DNA from: Ylistrum balloti
Lineage: Eukaryota
DNA: 64,000 nt
Direction: 5' to 3'
Assembly: GCF_031769215.1 (NCBI RefSeq)
Contig: NW_026782569.1
Location: 372,001 to 436,000 of the forward strand
Every line of letters begins with the position of its first letter. The stretch's first letter is position 1. The position numbers and the translations under genes were made by a program. Positions 39,823 through 54,021 of this stretch are shown here, in pieces. The notes beneath the pieces are model-generated. The model searched no databases. It worked only from the letters and a program-made list of their open reading frames with translations, and had not been told where the DNA came from.

Positions 39823-42800
39823 GTGTCTCGGAAGGGAATGCGTCTTCTTCTTCATCGTGCGCTGTAAATCGTGGCCACGTTAGTAATGTCACGTTCCCAA
39901 ACGAAAAGGAGATTAATTTGCTTATCCCTGTTGTCCCGATTTTCGTGCACGATGTCTGCAGCTGACGGACAAACTTACAACATAGGATTTCGAGAGGGGA
40001 AAGTTGAGGAAAATGACGGAGACATTTTTACATTCTTCCTTGGAAACATCTACTTGGTGGTACGCTTATTGATTACTGTGGTATCGTTGGGAAAGTGACA
40101 TTACTCACATGGAGTTTGGATTGTAATTATGTCGAAATGTTAACACACAGAGAAACAGCTACTTTAACAATTTAAAAATACTTCAATCTCGACTACTGGA
40201 AAGTGTTATAACATGTGTTATGTTCAAACATGTAAATCATTGTTTAAGCTTTGATATTCTGTACTGGAAAACTGAAAATCTACATATCGAAATTAAATTT
40301 AAAACAGTTATTCTCATTGTACTTTTGGAATGGAAGTAAACATTATTGTTTCATGATTTGTTGTGAAATGATTCCTTTTGGTGAAGATGAAGATAAATAT
40401 AGACTATAACAGTTTTTCCAGTTCGTTTTGATTTTTTTTTTTATCATTTTTTAGAGCTGGAAGTCAAAAATCCTACCAGCTGTTTCTGCCTGCCTCAGAA
40501 CGGAACCGTTCACTTTGTCGCTACAGTCTACACCTTCAAAATGTATTCTAGTACAACTTTTTTAAAATTTAGTATTAACTAAAATACTGATTCTGAGGAC
40601 AAATAATATCCGACAAGAAAAAAATTCAAATGGTTAGATAAAATAAATTGAAATGAATATAATCGTTACATGTATATACAAATACATACTATAGAGGAAG
40701 TTCAAAATACTATTGATTTATAAACACTACATATATAACATACTCCATTCTATTTCTTTTTCAAATTTTAATACACTTCCTTTTTATACATACATAGCTG
40801 TTTTAAGTCTCATTTGCACCACTATGATATCGGAAATGAATATAACGTTGTACAGTTGGTAGGACTTCTTGCCACGAGCACTGAAACCTTATCATTTCTC
40901 ATTAAATACGTCCTTTATTGTATAATGCCTATGGATGACAAATTTAAGCCGTTAATGTCACAGGTATGTCTTTGTACATTTTGTAGCATGTGGTTTTATT
41001 GGCGAATCACCAGTTGAATATTGTCCGTCAAAGTTAAATATCTTATTGTACAATTGTATGTAATTATGTCTATTAATGGAATTGTAATGAAAATATTTAT
41101 AACACGTTCAAACATCACATCATAACCAAAAGGGACACATAGCTTGTTTGTTCCCGAAGTCTGTGACAGTTTAGTAGGTAGAAAGATGTGTTGATACCTA
41201 CTCAGGGAGTGTCACATTCCTCAGGGAGCTGTAATCATGGACCTTCTGCGCAGTCATGGTTGTATCGTTGACAACAACACTATACATACATCAGTAGACT
41301 TGTAAAGTACGCTACAAGTTTATCACATTTTCTTTAGTGAGCCATCAGCTATTTACAAGGAACCGACGTCGGCTGGTAACCTTGAACTGTGCAAAGGCCG
41401 GTAAAAGCAGACACATTGACATGCATGCAATGTGTATCTATATCATACAAATGTTATACGTATTAGATTAAAAAAATACTCGGATAAATTGATTTACAAA
41501 TCAGGTTTATAAATTGTACATGCCTAGGATTATGCTTATTTGAACAAGATAAATATACCCGAGTTTATACAGGATCAACTGACTGGCAATTACATCCACA
41601 GGTATATTCACTTTTCCGTCGCTAAATAGGCATATGAAATATGTAAAGTATTTGTAAAGAATTATGTTCAAAGAAGATCCTATATTTTAATATTATCAAA
41701 ATCCCCACTGATCTGGCGATTCAAACGAAACGGCCGTGTGAGGTAGCTTCGGGAACATAATCACGTATGATAAGTGGCAAGACATGGCTAGTGCTTACAA
41801 ATTAAGTAACATTAATGAAATAATGGCCACTATCCCCATATCGCCGTCGTTAACCTTGATTTCCGTTCCATTATCTGCTATACTTGTGCATGGATGGGCC
41901 GTTAGGCTTAATATCAATGACAATCTAATTCTGAATTTCATTCTGATAGTTATTATAAATTAATGATTTCGATCTAAAGTATACTACCGAAGGACAAATA
42001 GATCCGGGATCTTAAAGGAAACACCGACAGACAGGCTCACTGAAATAGTGTTAGTGTGTACCAGTGCATTTTGGATGTTTCTTGGTCCACGAGGAAGTAA
42101 AATTTGTAATACTATCATACTTCATAGTACCATGGTCGTAATAAACTGTAACAAATGTTGTTAAGAAAAACCTTAAAAGATAATTTAAAACTTAACAGTT
42201 GTAAAGTTTAAAGTAAATATCTTGAACGTGAATTAGGGGGGGGGGGGTCTTTCTTTTTACTTTTTAGAGGGTGAGGACTACTTGATTAACATAAAATAGT
42301 TCACCTCCTTTTCGCTCTTTGTGTCAATATTTCCTTCTTGTTCTCGTTTAGGTAATACAACTGTAAACAGCATGGCTGATCTCAACGTAAGGATTTACAA
42401 TCCTAGTTCTACAAATTAAGTACATCCCTTTGACGTTTCGTATAAGATATTGCTAGGCTGAATAAACAAGTTTTCCGGTAGCTGCTGATTCTATGAACAA
42501 TAGACTATATCTGCTCAATTATGTCTATAAATAGAGTAGTATTTCAAATGAAGTTAGGAATAGAAAATTAGAAGAGATAGACACAAGTACCGTTTACTAG
42601 AGATCACATAAAATTGAAATTTATAGACCCGGGATATAGAGATTGGAGAACATCATTCTAACTTTCGCTGGTATTTCCCTGGATGCTAGCTTTCAAACAT
42701 GCATTCCGATGTTTAATGAAAAGTGACGAACAGTTCCCGTATTATTCAAACACGTTATTATACGGGCGATGTAATAATTTGTCTGTTATCCACAATGTAT

Positions 42801-44840
42801 TGAAATCAACCATGAAGTGTCACGGACACTCACAAATAGCATGAATTTACATTGAAATGAATTCAAATCTCATATATAAAAATATGAATGTGTCAAAAAA
42901 TCTTATTGATAGAAATAACAAATAATTTTATTTCATTTTTCTAAAACATCTTATATGTAATGACATGCATGTATCATTCAGAAGTTATGCGGCTCGTGGT
43001 CAAATTGCACAGAGCGACGTGTTTCATCGGGAAAGTTGGCATTTTCGTCTCAAGCACTTTACGTTATTTTCAGAATCTGAAATTACACCGGAAATTCCTT
43101 AGCGGAAGTTGTCTAATAAAATGTACATCCCAGCGACCACAAGGATACTTAGTTTGAATCGGATTCATTGGCGCTATCAGGTCAGCGTATATCTAGCAGA
43201 CGATGTTGATAAACTTGATTTATGGTGCTAGATAGTTTGTGTTACTTGTTTGACAACAAGTGTGTATTATTCTCTAGCTTTGAAAAAGTAACATTGGTTT
43301 GTTATGACGACCAATTAGCCTGAAATTAAAACATATGTGTCTGTATATATTGATATTGAAAGTGGCTGGCAAGTACGTGTGTTTACGTGTTTAAATATTT
43401 TATTCCTAATTAGTATAAGTAATTTAATGTACATTTATACAAAAACATGTATCTGTTTGAATAGTGAGGACATCCGATTTGCAGGTGATACATTGAGCTA
43501 TATATATTAATAATGAAAATAAATAAATAGCTATCTCGGTGCATGTATTTGTCCGTACCTGGACGTTTTGTTGGCGGGTGGGGTGACCACTGGAAAACCT
43601 CGAGATATCCGATTTTTCGAGAGTATGTAAGATCAAATGTTTGGTGAAAGATTTGCTAATGGCAGACGAAATACTTCGAAATAAACGGGATCTTTGTGTT
43701 ATACGAGTTCGAGATAGCGAGGTTCGTCTGTGCTTACAATTATATAACTGCATCTTTAATGTGTTATTCATGTAAGTTTAAAAGTGCATCTCTAGCGTGT
43801 TTCCTATCTGCTTTGTAACGTTGTGCATTCTTAATAAGCAGAATATTTTCCAAGTTCATAATGATCTAAATCTTCCACTAATTTCGCTTTAGGAAGTAAT
43901 TTAGCAGTACAATAGTAAATTGCCATGATCGGATATTAGTCATGTAAGTACAAAGCAAATCTGTATGAAGTGACTAGGGCCTTGCCTTATCAGGTGTAAG
44001 TTTCATGCTAACAGCGGATAAGAAAATCAATTTCATACCCAGTCTTACGGAATGATTTAAAAGAATAATGAAAATTGATGTCCTTAATGCTATGTTACAT
44101 TGGTATCTTGTTTCTCATAATTCGTTCAAACTTATACCATAGAATAGAGGACTCTCGCCCAACTAATTACGGAATTACGCTCAATAATTGCGCTCTCTGA
44201 TTATATTTTCATTTCAACTGAAAATTCATTAGTGATCTAAAAGAGTTTCAATGTACAATTTATTTATACATCTATACTTGTCTCGACGCTTGCCAATTTT
44301 CCTCTGTTTTTAATTTGTTTAAAGTGAGGGCTTACCTCATGAAATTGCAATAAGAATTTATCTTCATTTTCTCCTACCATTTTCTATTGGATTGTGACCC
44401 ATTTATGTAATATAAACTAGATGGTGAAACTTGATGACGACATCCTAACATACGCTTATCGACCGCGTGCGACGGCCTGTTATACCGTCCGTCATCGATT
44501 AAGGTTTTTACATCCCAGAAGGTTCGCTACATAGGTTCTAATTTTACGGATTTGCAAAATAAGTTGTCTGGAGGAAAACAGTTTATATTTCACAAGATTT
44601 TGGTTTCCCTCCAATTATCACCAGATTGTCACACGTCTGGATAATGTAGACTTAGCACTCCTGGCTGGACAAAGGGACGATTTGTAGCTTACTTCATGGG
44701 GACTGTTCGTGGCCAGTTCGTTATGGATACAGTAAGATATTTGTTTATAATGTACTACATCTCTAAATACTTGCCATCTGCAAAAATCAAAACTGACATT
44801 TATGCATTAAGCTTAGTCCCAATGTCCGTGTATTAGAGCT

Positions 44841-47800
44841 GTCTTAGTCTTAACGTCTATATAATTGAGCCTACCTTAGTCATAACGTCTATATAATTGA
44901 GCCTACCTTAGTCATAACGTCTATGTAATTGAGCCTACCTTAGTCTTAACGTCTGTATAATTAAACATATCTTAGTCTGAATGTCTATGTAAATGAGTCT
45001 ACATCAGTCTTAACGCTTGCTGAATTGGGTTTACTTTAGCCTTAACGATTGGTCTTTTGAATCGAATTGACTCTAAATATCTTGTTTCTATGTCTAAGTT
45101 AGTCTTAGCGTCTGTGTATTTGAACCTTATTTAGTTATCAGATCTGTATGTTCGAGCAACTTGATTCGCATCGTCTTAAAGATAATATAATGGAGCGTAC
45201 CTAAATCTTAGCATCTTTGTTATTGATCTTTATGTCACTAGTCTACATTAGTCTCAATGACCTTAGTCTTAACGCCTGTCATTGAATCTACCTTCGTCAA
45301 AGTATTTGAGTCTACCATACTCTTAACTACTCGCTTGGATTGCCCTAGTCTTGATATATCATTAATTGATCACATCCGAATATTAACGCAACTTCAACTG
45401 GTCCTACTTTAGTCTCTGTGTAAGTGAATCTAACTTTGTCATCCGGTATGTGTAAATGAGTCTACTTTTGTCATAATGTCTGTGTAAGTGAGCCTACCTT
45501 TGCCAGAACGTCTATGTAAGTGAGCCTACCTTTGTGATAACGTCTATGTAAGTGAGTCTACATTTGTCATAACATCTGTGTAAGTGAGTCTACCTTTACC
45601 AGAACGTCTTTGTATGTGAGCCTACCTTTGTCCTAACGTCTGTGTAATTGAGCCTACCTTTGTCATAATGTCAGTGAAATTGAGCTTACCTTTGTCATAA
45701 CGTCCATGTAAGTGAGCCTACCTTTGTCATAACGTCTGTGTAAGTGAGCCTACCTTTGTCATAATATCTATGTAAGTAAGCCTTACCTTTGTCATAACGT
45801 CTTTGTAGGTAAGCCTACCTTTGTCATAACGTCTATGTAAATGAGTCTATTTTGTCATACCGTCTATGTTAGTGAGCTTACCTTTGTCATAACGTCTGTG
45901 TAAGTGAACCTATCTTTGTCATAACGTCTGTGTAAATGAGCTTACCTTTGTCATAACGTCTATGTAAGTGAGCCTACTTTTGTCATAACGTCTGTGTAAT
46001 TTAGCTTACCTTTGTCATAACGTCTATGTAAGTGAGACTACTTTTGTCATAACGTCTATGTAATTTAGCTTACCTTTGTCATAACGTTGATGTAAGTGAG
46101 CTTACCTTTATAATAACGTCTGTGTAAATGAGCCTACCTTTGTTATAAGGTCTATGTAAGTGAGCTTAATTTTGTGATAACGTCTATGTAAGTGAGTGCA
46201 ACTTTGTGATAACGTCTATATAAGTGAGCTTACCTTTGTCATAACGTCCATGTAAGTGAGCCTACCTTTGTCATAACGTCTATGTAAGTGAGCCTACCTT
46301 TGTCATAACGTCTATGTAAGTGAGTGCAACTTTGTGATAACGTCTATATAAGTGAGCTTACCTTTGTCATAACGTCCATGTAAGTGAACCCATCTTTGTC
46401 ATAACGTCTGTGTAAATGAGCTTAACTTTGTCATAACGTCTATGTAAGTGAGCCTACTTTTGTCATAACGTCTGTGTAATTTAGCTTACCTTTGTCATAA
46501 CGTCTATGTAAGTGAGACTACTTTTGTCATAACGTCTATGTAATTTAGCTTACCTTTGTCATAACGTTTATGTAAGTGAGCTTACCTTTATAATAACGTC
46601 TGTGTAAATGAGCCTACCTTTGTTATAAGGTCTATGTAAGTGAGCTTAACTTTGTGATAACGTCTATGTAAGTGAGCGCAACTTTGTGATAACGTCTATA
46701 TAAGTGAGCTTACCTTTGTCATAACGTCTATGTAAGTGAGCCTACCTTTGTCATAACGTCTATGTAAGTGAGCCTACCTTTGTCATAACGTCTGTGTAAG
46801 TGAGCCTACCTTTGTCATAATATCTATGTAAGTAAGCCTACCTTTGTCATAACGTCTATGTAAGTGAGCCTACCTTTGTCATAACGTCTGTGTAAATGAT
46901 ATTACCTTTGTCATAATATCTATGTAAGTAAGCCTACCTTTGTCATAACGTCTATGTAAATGAGTCTATTTTGTCATACCGTCTATGTTAGTGAGCTTAC
47001 CTTTGTCATAACGTCTGTGTAAGTGAACCTATCTTTGTCATAACGTCTGTGTAAGTGAGCCTACTTTTGTCATAACGTCTGTGTAATTTAGCTTACCTTT
47101 GTCATAACGTCTATGTAAGTGAGACTACTTTTGTCATAACGTCTATGTAATTTAGCTTACCTTTGTCATAACGTTTATGTAAGTGAGCTTACCTTTATAA
47201 TAACGTCTGTGTAAATGAGCCTACCTTTGTTATAAGGTCTATGTAAGTGAGCTTAACTTTGTGATAACGTCTATGTAAGTGAGCGCAACTTTGTGATAAC
47301 GTCTATATAAGTGAGCTTACCTTTGTCATAACGTCTATGTAAGTGAGCCTACCTTTGTCATAACGTCTGTGTAAGTGAGCCTACCTTTGTCATAATATCT
47401 ATGTAAGTAAGCCTACCTTTGTCATAACGTCTGTGTAAATGATATTACCTTTGTCATAATATCTATGTAAGTAAGCCTACCTTTCTCATAACGTCTATGT
47501 AAATGAGTCTATTTTGTCATACCGTCTATGTTAGTGAGCTTACCTTTGTCATAACGTCTGTGTAAGTGAACCTATCTTTGTCATAACGTCTGTGTAAATG
47601 AGCTTACCTTTGTCATAACGTCTATGTAAGTGAGCCTGCCTTTGTCATAACGTCTGTGTAAGTGAGCCTACCTTTGTCATAACGTCTATGTAAGTGAGCC
47701 TACCTTTGTCATAACGTCTGTGTAAATGATATTACCTTTGTCATAATATCAATGTAAGTAAGCGTACCTTTGTCATAACGTCTTTGTAAATGAGCCTATA

Positions 47801-50800
47801 TTTGTCATAACGTCTGTGTAAGTGAGCCTTCATTTGTCATAATATATATGTAAGTAAGCCTTCCTTTGTCATAACGTCTGTTTAAGTGAGCCTACCTTTG
47901 TCATAATATCTATGTAAGTAAGCCTTCCCTTTGTCATAACGTCTTTGTAGGTAAGCCTACCTTTGTCATAACGTCTTTGTAAATGAGTCTATTTTGTCAT
48001 AACGTCTATGTTAGTGAGCTTACTTTTGTCATAACGTCTATGTAAGTGAGCCTACTTTTGTCATAACGTCTGTGTAATTTAGCTTACCTTTGTCATAACG
48101 TCTTTGTAAGTGAGACTACTTTTGTCATAACGTCTATGTAATTTAGCTTACCTTTGTCATAACGTTTACGTAAGTGAGCTTACCTTTATAATAACGTCTG
48201 TGTAAGTGAATCTATCTTTGTCATAACGTCTGTGTAAATGAGCCTACCTTTGTTATCAGGTCTATGTAAGTGAGCTTAACTTTGTGATAACGTCTATGTA
48301 AGTGAGCGCAACTTTGTGATAACGTCTATATAAGTGAGCTTAGCTTTGTCATAACGTCTTTGTAAATGAGTCTATTTTGTCATAACGTCTATGTTAGTGA
48401 GCTTACCTTTGTTATAACGTCTGTGTAAGTGAACCTAACTTTGTCATAACGTCTGTGTAAATGAGCTTACCTTTGTCATAACGTCTATGTAAGTGAGCCT
48501 ACTTTTGTCATAACGTCTGTGTAATTTAGCTTACCTTTGTCATAACGTCTATGTAAGTGAGACTACTTTTGTCATAACGTCTATGTAATTTAGCTTACCT
48601 TTGTCATAACGTTTATGTAAGTGAGCTTACCTTTATAATAACGTCTGTGTAAGTGAACCTATCTTTGTCATAACGTCTGTGTCAATGAGCCTTCCTTTGT
48701 CATAATATCTATGTAAGTAAGCCTTCCTTTGTCATAACGTCTGTGTAAGTGAGCCTACCTTTGTCATAATATCTATGTAAGTAAGCCTTACCTTTGTCAT
48801 AACGTCTTTGTAGGTAAGCCTACCTTTGTCATAACGTCTATGTAAATGAGTCTATTTTGTCATACCGTCTATGTTAGTGAGCTTACCTTTGTCATAACGT
48901 CTGTGTAAGTGAACCTATCTTAGTCATAACGTCTGTGTAAATGAGCTTACCTTTGTCATAACGTCTATGTAAGTGAGCCTACTTTTGTCATAACGTCTGT
49001 GTAATTTAGCTTACCTTTGTCATAACGTCTATGTAAGTGAGACTACTTTTGTCATAACGTCTATGTAATTTAGCTTACCTTTGTCATAACGTTTATGTAA
49101 GTGAGCTTACCTTTATAATAACGTCTGTGTAAATGAGCCTACCTTTGTTATAAGGTCTATGTAAGTGAGCTTAACTTTGTGATAACGTCTATGTAAGTGA
49201 GCGCAACTTTGTGATAACTTTGTGATAACGTCTATGTAAGTGAGCCTACCTTTGTCATAACGTCTATGTAAGTGAGCCTACCTTTGTCATAACGTCTGTG
49301 TAAGTGAGCCTACCTTTGTCATAATATCTATGTAAGTAAGCCTACCTTTGTCATAACGTCTATGTAAGTGAGCCTACCTTTGTCATAACGTCTGTGTAAA
49401 TGATATTACCTTTGTCATAATATCTATGTAAGTAAGCCTACCTTTGTCATAACGTCTATGTAAATGAGTCTATTTTGTCATACCGTCTATGTTAGTGAGC
49501 TTACCTTTGTCATAACGTCTGTGTAAGTGAACCTATCTTTGTCATAACGTCTGTGTAAATGAGCTTACCTTTGTCATAACGTCTATGTAAGTGAGCCTAC
49601 TTTTGTCATAACGTCTGTGTAATTTAGCTTACCTTTGTCATAACGTCTATGTAAGTGAGACTACTTTTGTCATAACGTCTATGTAATTTAGCTTACCTTT
49701 GTCATAACGTTTATGTAAGTGAGCTTACCTTTATAATAACGTCTGTGTAAATGAGCCTACCTTTGTTATAAGGTCTATGTAAGTGAGCTTAACTTTGTGA
49801 TAACGTCTATGTAAGTGAGCGCAACTTTGTGATAACGTCTATATAAGTGAGCTTACCTTTGTCATAACGTCTATGTAAGTGAGCCTACCTTTGTCATAAC
49901 GTCTGTGTAAGTGAGCCTACCTTTGTCATAATATCTATGTAAGTAAGCCTACCTTTGTCATAACGTCTATGTAAGTGAGCCTACCTTTGTCATAACGTCT
50001 GTGTAAATGATATTACCTTTGTCATAATATCTATGTAAGTAAGCCTACCTTTGTCATAACGTCTATGTAAATGAGTCTATTTTGTCATACCGTCTATGTT
50101 AGTGAGCTTACCTTTGTCATAACGTCTGTGTAAGTGAACCTATCTTTGTCATAACGTCTGTGTAAATGAGCTTACCTTTGTCATAACGTCTATGTAAGTG
50201 AGCCTACTTTTGTCATAACGTCTGTGTAATTTAGCTTACCTTTGTCATAACGTCTATGTAAGTGAGACTACTTTTGTCATAACGTCTATGTAATTTAGCT
50301 TACCTTTGTCATAACGTTTATGTAAGTGAGCTTACCTTTATAATAACGTCTGTGTAAATGAGCCTACCTTTGTTATAAGGTCTATGTAAGTGAGCTTAAC
50401 TTTGTGATAACGTCTATGTAAGTGAGCGCAACTTTGTGATAACGTCTATATAAGTGAGCTTACCTTTGTCATAACGTCTATGTAAGTGAGCCTACCTTTG
50501 TCATAACGTCTGTGTAAGTGAGCCTACCTTTGTCATAATATCTATGTAAGTAAGCCTACTTTTGTCATAACGTCTATGTAAGTGAGCCTACCTTTGTCAT
50601 AACGTCTGTGTAAATGATATTACCTTTGTCATAATATCTATGTAAGTAAGCCTACCTTTGTCATAACGTCTATGTAAATGAGTCTATTTTGTCATACCGT
50701 CTATGTTAGTGAGCTTACCTTTGTCATAACGTCTGTGTAAGTGAACCTTTCTTTGTCATAACGTCTGTGTAAATGAGCTTAACTTTGTCATAACGTCTAT

Positions 50801-53170
50801 GTAAGTGAGCCTACTTTTGTCATAACGTCTGTGTAATTTAGCTTACCTTTGTCATAACGTCTATGTAAGTGAGACTACTTTTGTCATAACGTCTATGTAA
50901 TTTAGCTTACCTTTGTCATAACGTTTATGTAAGTGAGCTTACCTTTATAATAACGTCTGTGTAAATGAGCCTACCTTTGTTATAAGGTCTATGTAAGTGA
51001 GCTTAACTTTGTGATAACGTCTATGGAAGTGAGCGCAACTTTGTGATAACGTCTATATAAGTGAGCTTACCTTTGTCATAACGTCTATGTAAGTGAGCCT
51101 ACCTTTGTCATAACTTCTATGTAAGTGAGCCTACCTTTGTCATAACGTCTGTGTAAGTGACCCTATCTTTGTCATAATATCTATGTAAGTAAGCCTACCT
51201 TTGTCATAACGTCTATGTAAGTGAGCATACCTTTGTCATAACGTCTGTGTAAATGATATTACCTTTGTCATAATATCTATGTAAGTAAGCCTACCTTTGT
51301 CATAACGTCTATGTAAATGAATCTACAATTATCATAACGTCTGTGTAGGTGAGCCTACCTTTGTCATAACGTCTTTGTAAGTGAGCCTATATTTGTCATT
51401 ACGTCTGTGTAAGTGAGCCTACCCTTGTCATAATATCTATGTAAGTAAGCCTTACCTTTGTCATAACGTCTTTGTAGGTAAGCCTACCTTTGTCATAACG
51501 TCTTTGTAAATGAGTCTATTTTGTCATAACGTCTATGTAAATGAATCCACAATGATCATAACCTCTGTGTAGGTGAGCCTACCTTTGTTATAACGTCTAT
51601 GTAAGTGAGATTAACTTTGTGATAACGTCTATGTAAGTGAGTCTAACCTTGTGATAACGTCTATATAAGTGAGCTTACCTTTGTCATAATGTCTATGTAA
51701 GTGAGCCTAACTTTGTCATAACGTCTATGTATCTGTGTGAGCCTAGTTTTGTCTTGCCGTCTATATAATTGAGTTTACCATTGTCATAACGTCTGTGTAA
51801 GTGAGCCTACCTTTGTCATAACGTCTGTGTAAGGGAGCCTACCTTTGTCATAACGTCTATCTTTGTGAGCCTACCTTTGTCATAACGTCTATGTAAGTGA
51901 GCCCACCTTTGTCATGACGTCTATTTTTGTGAGTCTAATTTTGTCTTGCTGTCTATATAATTGAGTTTACCATTGTCATAACGTCTGTGTAAGTGAGCCT
52001 ACCTTTGTCATAACGTCTATCTTTGTGAGCCTAGTTTTGTCTTGCCGTCTATATAATTGAGTTTACCATTGTCATAATGTCTGTGTAAGTGAACCTACCT
52101 TTGTCATAACGTCTGTGTAAGGGAGCCTACCTTTGTCATAACGTCTATTTTTGTGAGTCTAGTTTTGTCTTGCTGTCTATATAATTGAGTTTACCATTGT
52201 CATAACGTCTGTGTAAGTGAGCCTACCTTTGTCATAACGTCTATCTTTGTGAGCCTAGTTTTGTCTTGCCGTCTATATAATTGAGTTTACCATTGTCATA
52301 ATGTCTGTGTAAGTGAGCCTACCTTTGTCATAACGTCTGTGTAAGGGAGCCTACCTTTGTCATAACGTCTATCTTTGTGAGCCTACCTTTGTCATAACGT
52401 TTATGTAAGTGAGCCCACCTTTGTCATAACGTCTATCTTTGTGAGCTTACCTTTGTCATAACGTCTATCTTTGTGAGCCTAGTTTTGTCTTGCCGTCTAT
52501 ATAATTGAGTTTACCATTGTCATAATGTCTGTGTAAGTGAGCCTACCTTTGTCATAACGTCTGTGTAAGTGAGCCTACCTTTGTCATAACGTCTATCTTT
52601 ATGAGCCTACCTTTGTCATAACGTTTATGTAAGTGAGCCCACCTTTGTCATAACGTCTATCTTTGTGAGCTTACCTTTGTCATAACGTCTGTGTAAGTGA
52701 GCCTACCTTTGTCATAACGTCTGTGTAAGTGAGCCTACCTTTGTCATAACGTCTGTGTAAGTGAGCCTACCTTTGTCATAACGTCTATCTTTGTGAGCTT
52801 GCCTTTGTCATAACGTCTGTGTAAGTGAGCCTACCTTTGTCATAACGTCTGTGTAAGTGAGCCTACCTTTGTCATAACGTCTTTGTAGGTGAGCCTACCT
52901 TTGTCATAACGTCTATCTTTGTGAGCCTACCTTTGTCATAACGTCTATGTAAGTGAGCCTACCTTTGTCATAACGTCTATGTAAGGGAGCCTACCTTTGT
53001 CATAACGTCTATCTTTTTCTTGACACCTATGTAATTTAGCGTATGCTGACCTTCTCTGTAACTGAACTTATCTTTTTAGCGTCTACTTGATTGAACCACT
53101 CTTAGTCTTATCATCTACGTTTTTGCGTCTGTCTTAATCATGTCTTTGTAATTGAACCTATCTTAGTCGT
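44841..53170. repeat. 32-bp satellite array (~260 units) with higher-order structure and diverged edges
   Basis: Consensus GTAAGTGAGCCTACCTTTGTCATAACGTCTAT; period 32 (CCTACC at 46741 and 46773). Homogeneous core ~45450-53015. Confidence 0.98.
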
Positions 53171-54021
53171 ACCGACCATAAATTTGTATTAACATCTGAT
53201 TTCCTTTATTTATACAATGAACAATTACATTTACTTAGGTACGCTATCTTCGGCACACATTGAATAAAAATATGATTATCCTATTTAAAGAAAAAAACAT
53301 GAATGATACTTGTTAAAACCCTTTTATATCACTAATCATAAAAAATGTAATATCAGGACTTTGCAAACTCTTATACTTCTTTGCTATCGTTTTGGATACA
53401 CAAGGAGCGGCAGACAACAGCGAGACTGGTTCGGTTGATCGTTAAGGCACACTGTAGGTTATTGTCGTTTGCTGGTCGTAAGAAAACAGGACGTTTTGTA
53501 AATTAGTTCTAACCGAATCCGGAAACGAGGTAAACCCTACTAGTTTTATGAGAGACTCAAAAGTCCTGCAGACATGCTAAAGTATATTGCCGTTTCATGT
53601 GTGGTGGTCTAGTGATGGAAGCTGTGAACTTTTTTTGTTTAAGAATAACAAATTATCCCACTGGATATTAAATTTTTAATTTGCATTTGCAATTTTGTCT
53701 CAACATTTTAGGGAATCGTTGTTGCAGATAATTCATTTTGTCTCAAATAGATATACCCTTCCGTATTATCCCTCGTTCATTTATTGTTTTTCTTATAATT
53801 AAGTTTTCTATGTTCTGAAATCAAATTAAATAGTAAAGCAAGATTAAGACTTGCGAAGAAACTCCGGAGTATTGCAGGGGCGCCAGCAATATTATTATCA
53901 ACAATATACGTTACTTTCCGAAAGGACACGTTGTTTGTGAACAACAGACATTGTTTACAAACAATATATGTTTTACCAGCAACAGTCTCCTTTCGTACAG
54001 CTTACTTACAGTATATATATT

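Noticed and set aside
40470-40505. Minus-strand GAAACAGCTG resembling the HHR family
   Set aside because: The core reads CUGAGGC rather than CUGANGA, and there are no helices I or II.
44437-44840. Two stop-poor frames with a YIG motif (GIY-YIG endonuclease idea)
   Set aside because: Motif spacing is 14 rather than ~10-11 residues, and the downstream conserved Arg/Glu are not evident.
44841-53170. 32-bp array as a CRISPR locus (the 45- and 47-bp arrays likewise)
   Set aside because: Units are head-to-tail with no unique spacers, there are no cas genes, and the context is eukaryotic.
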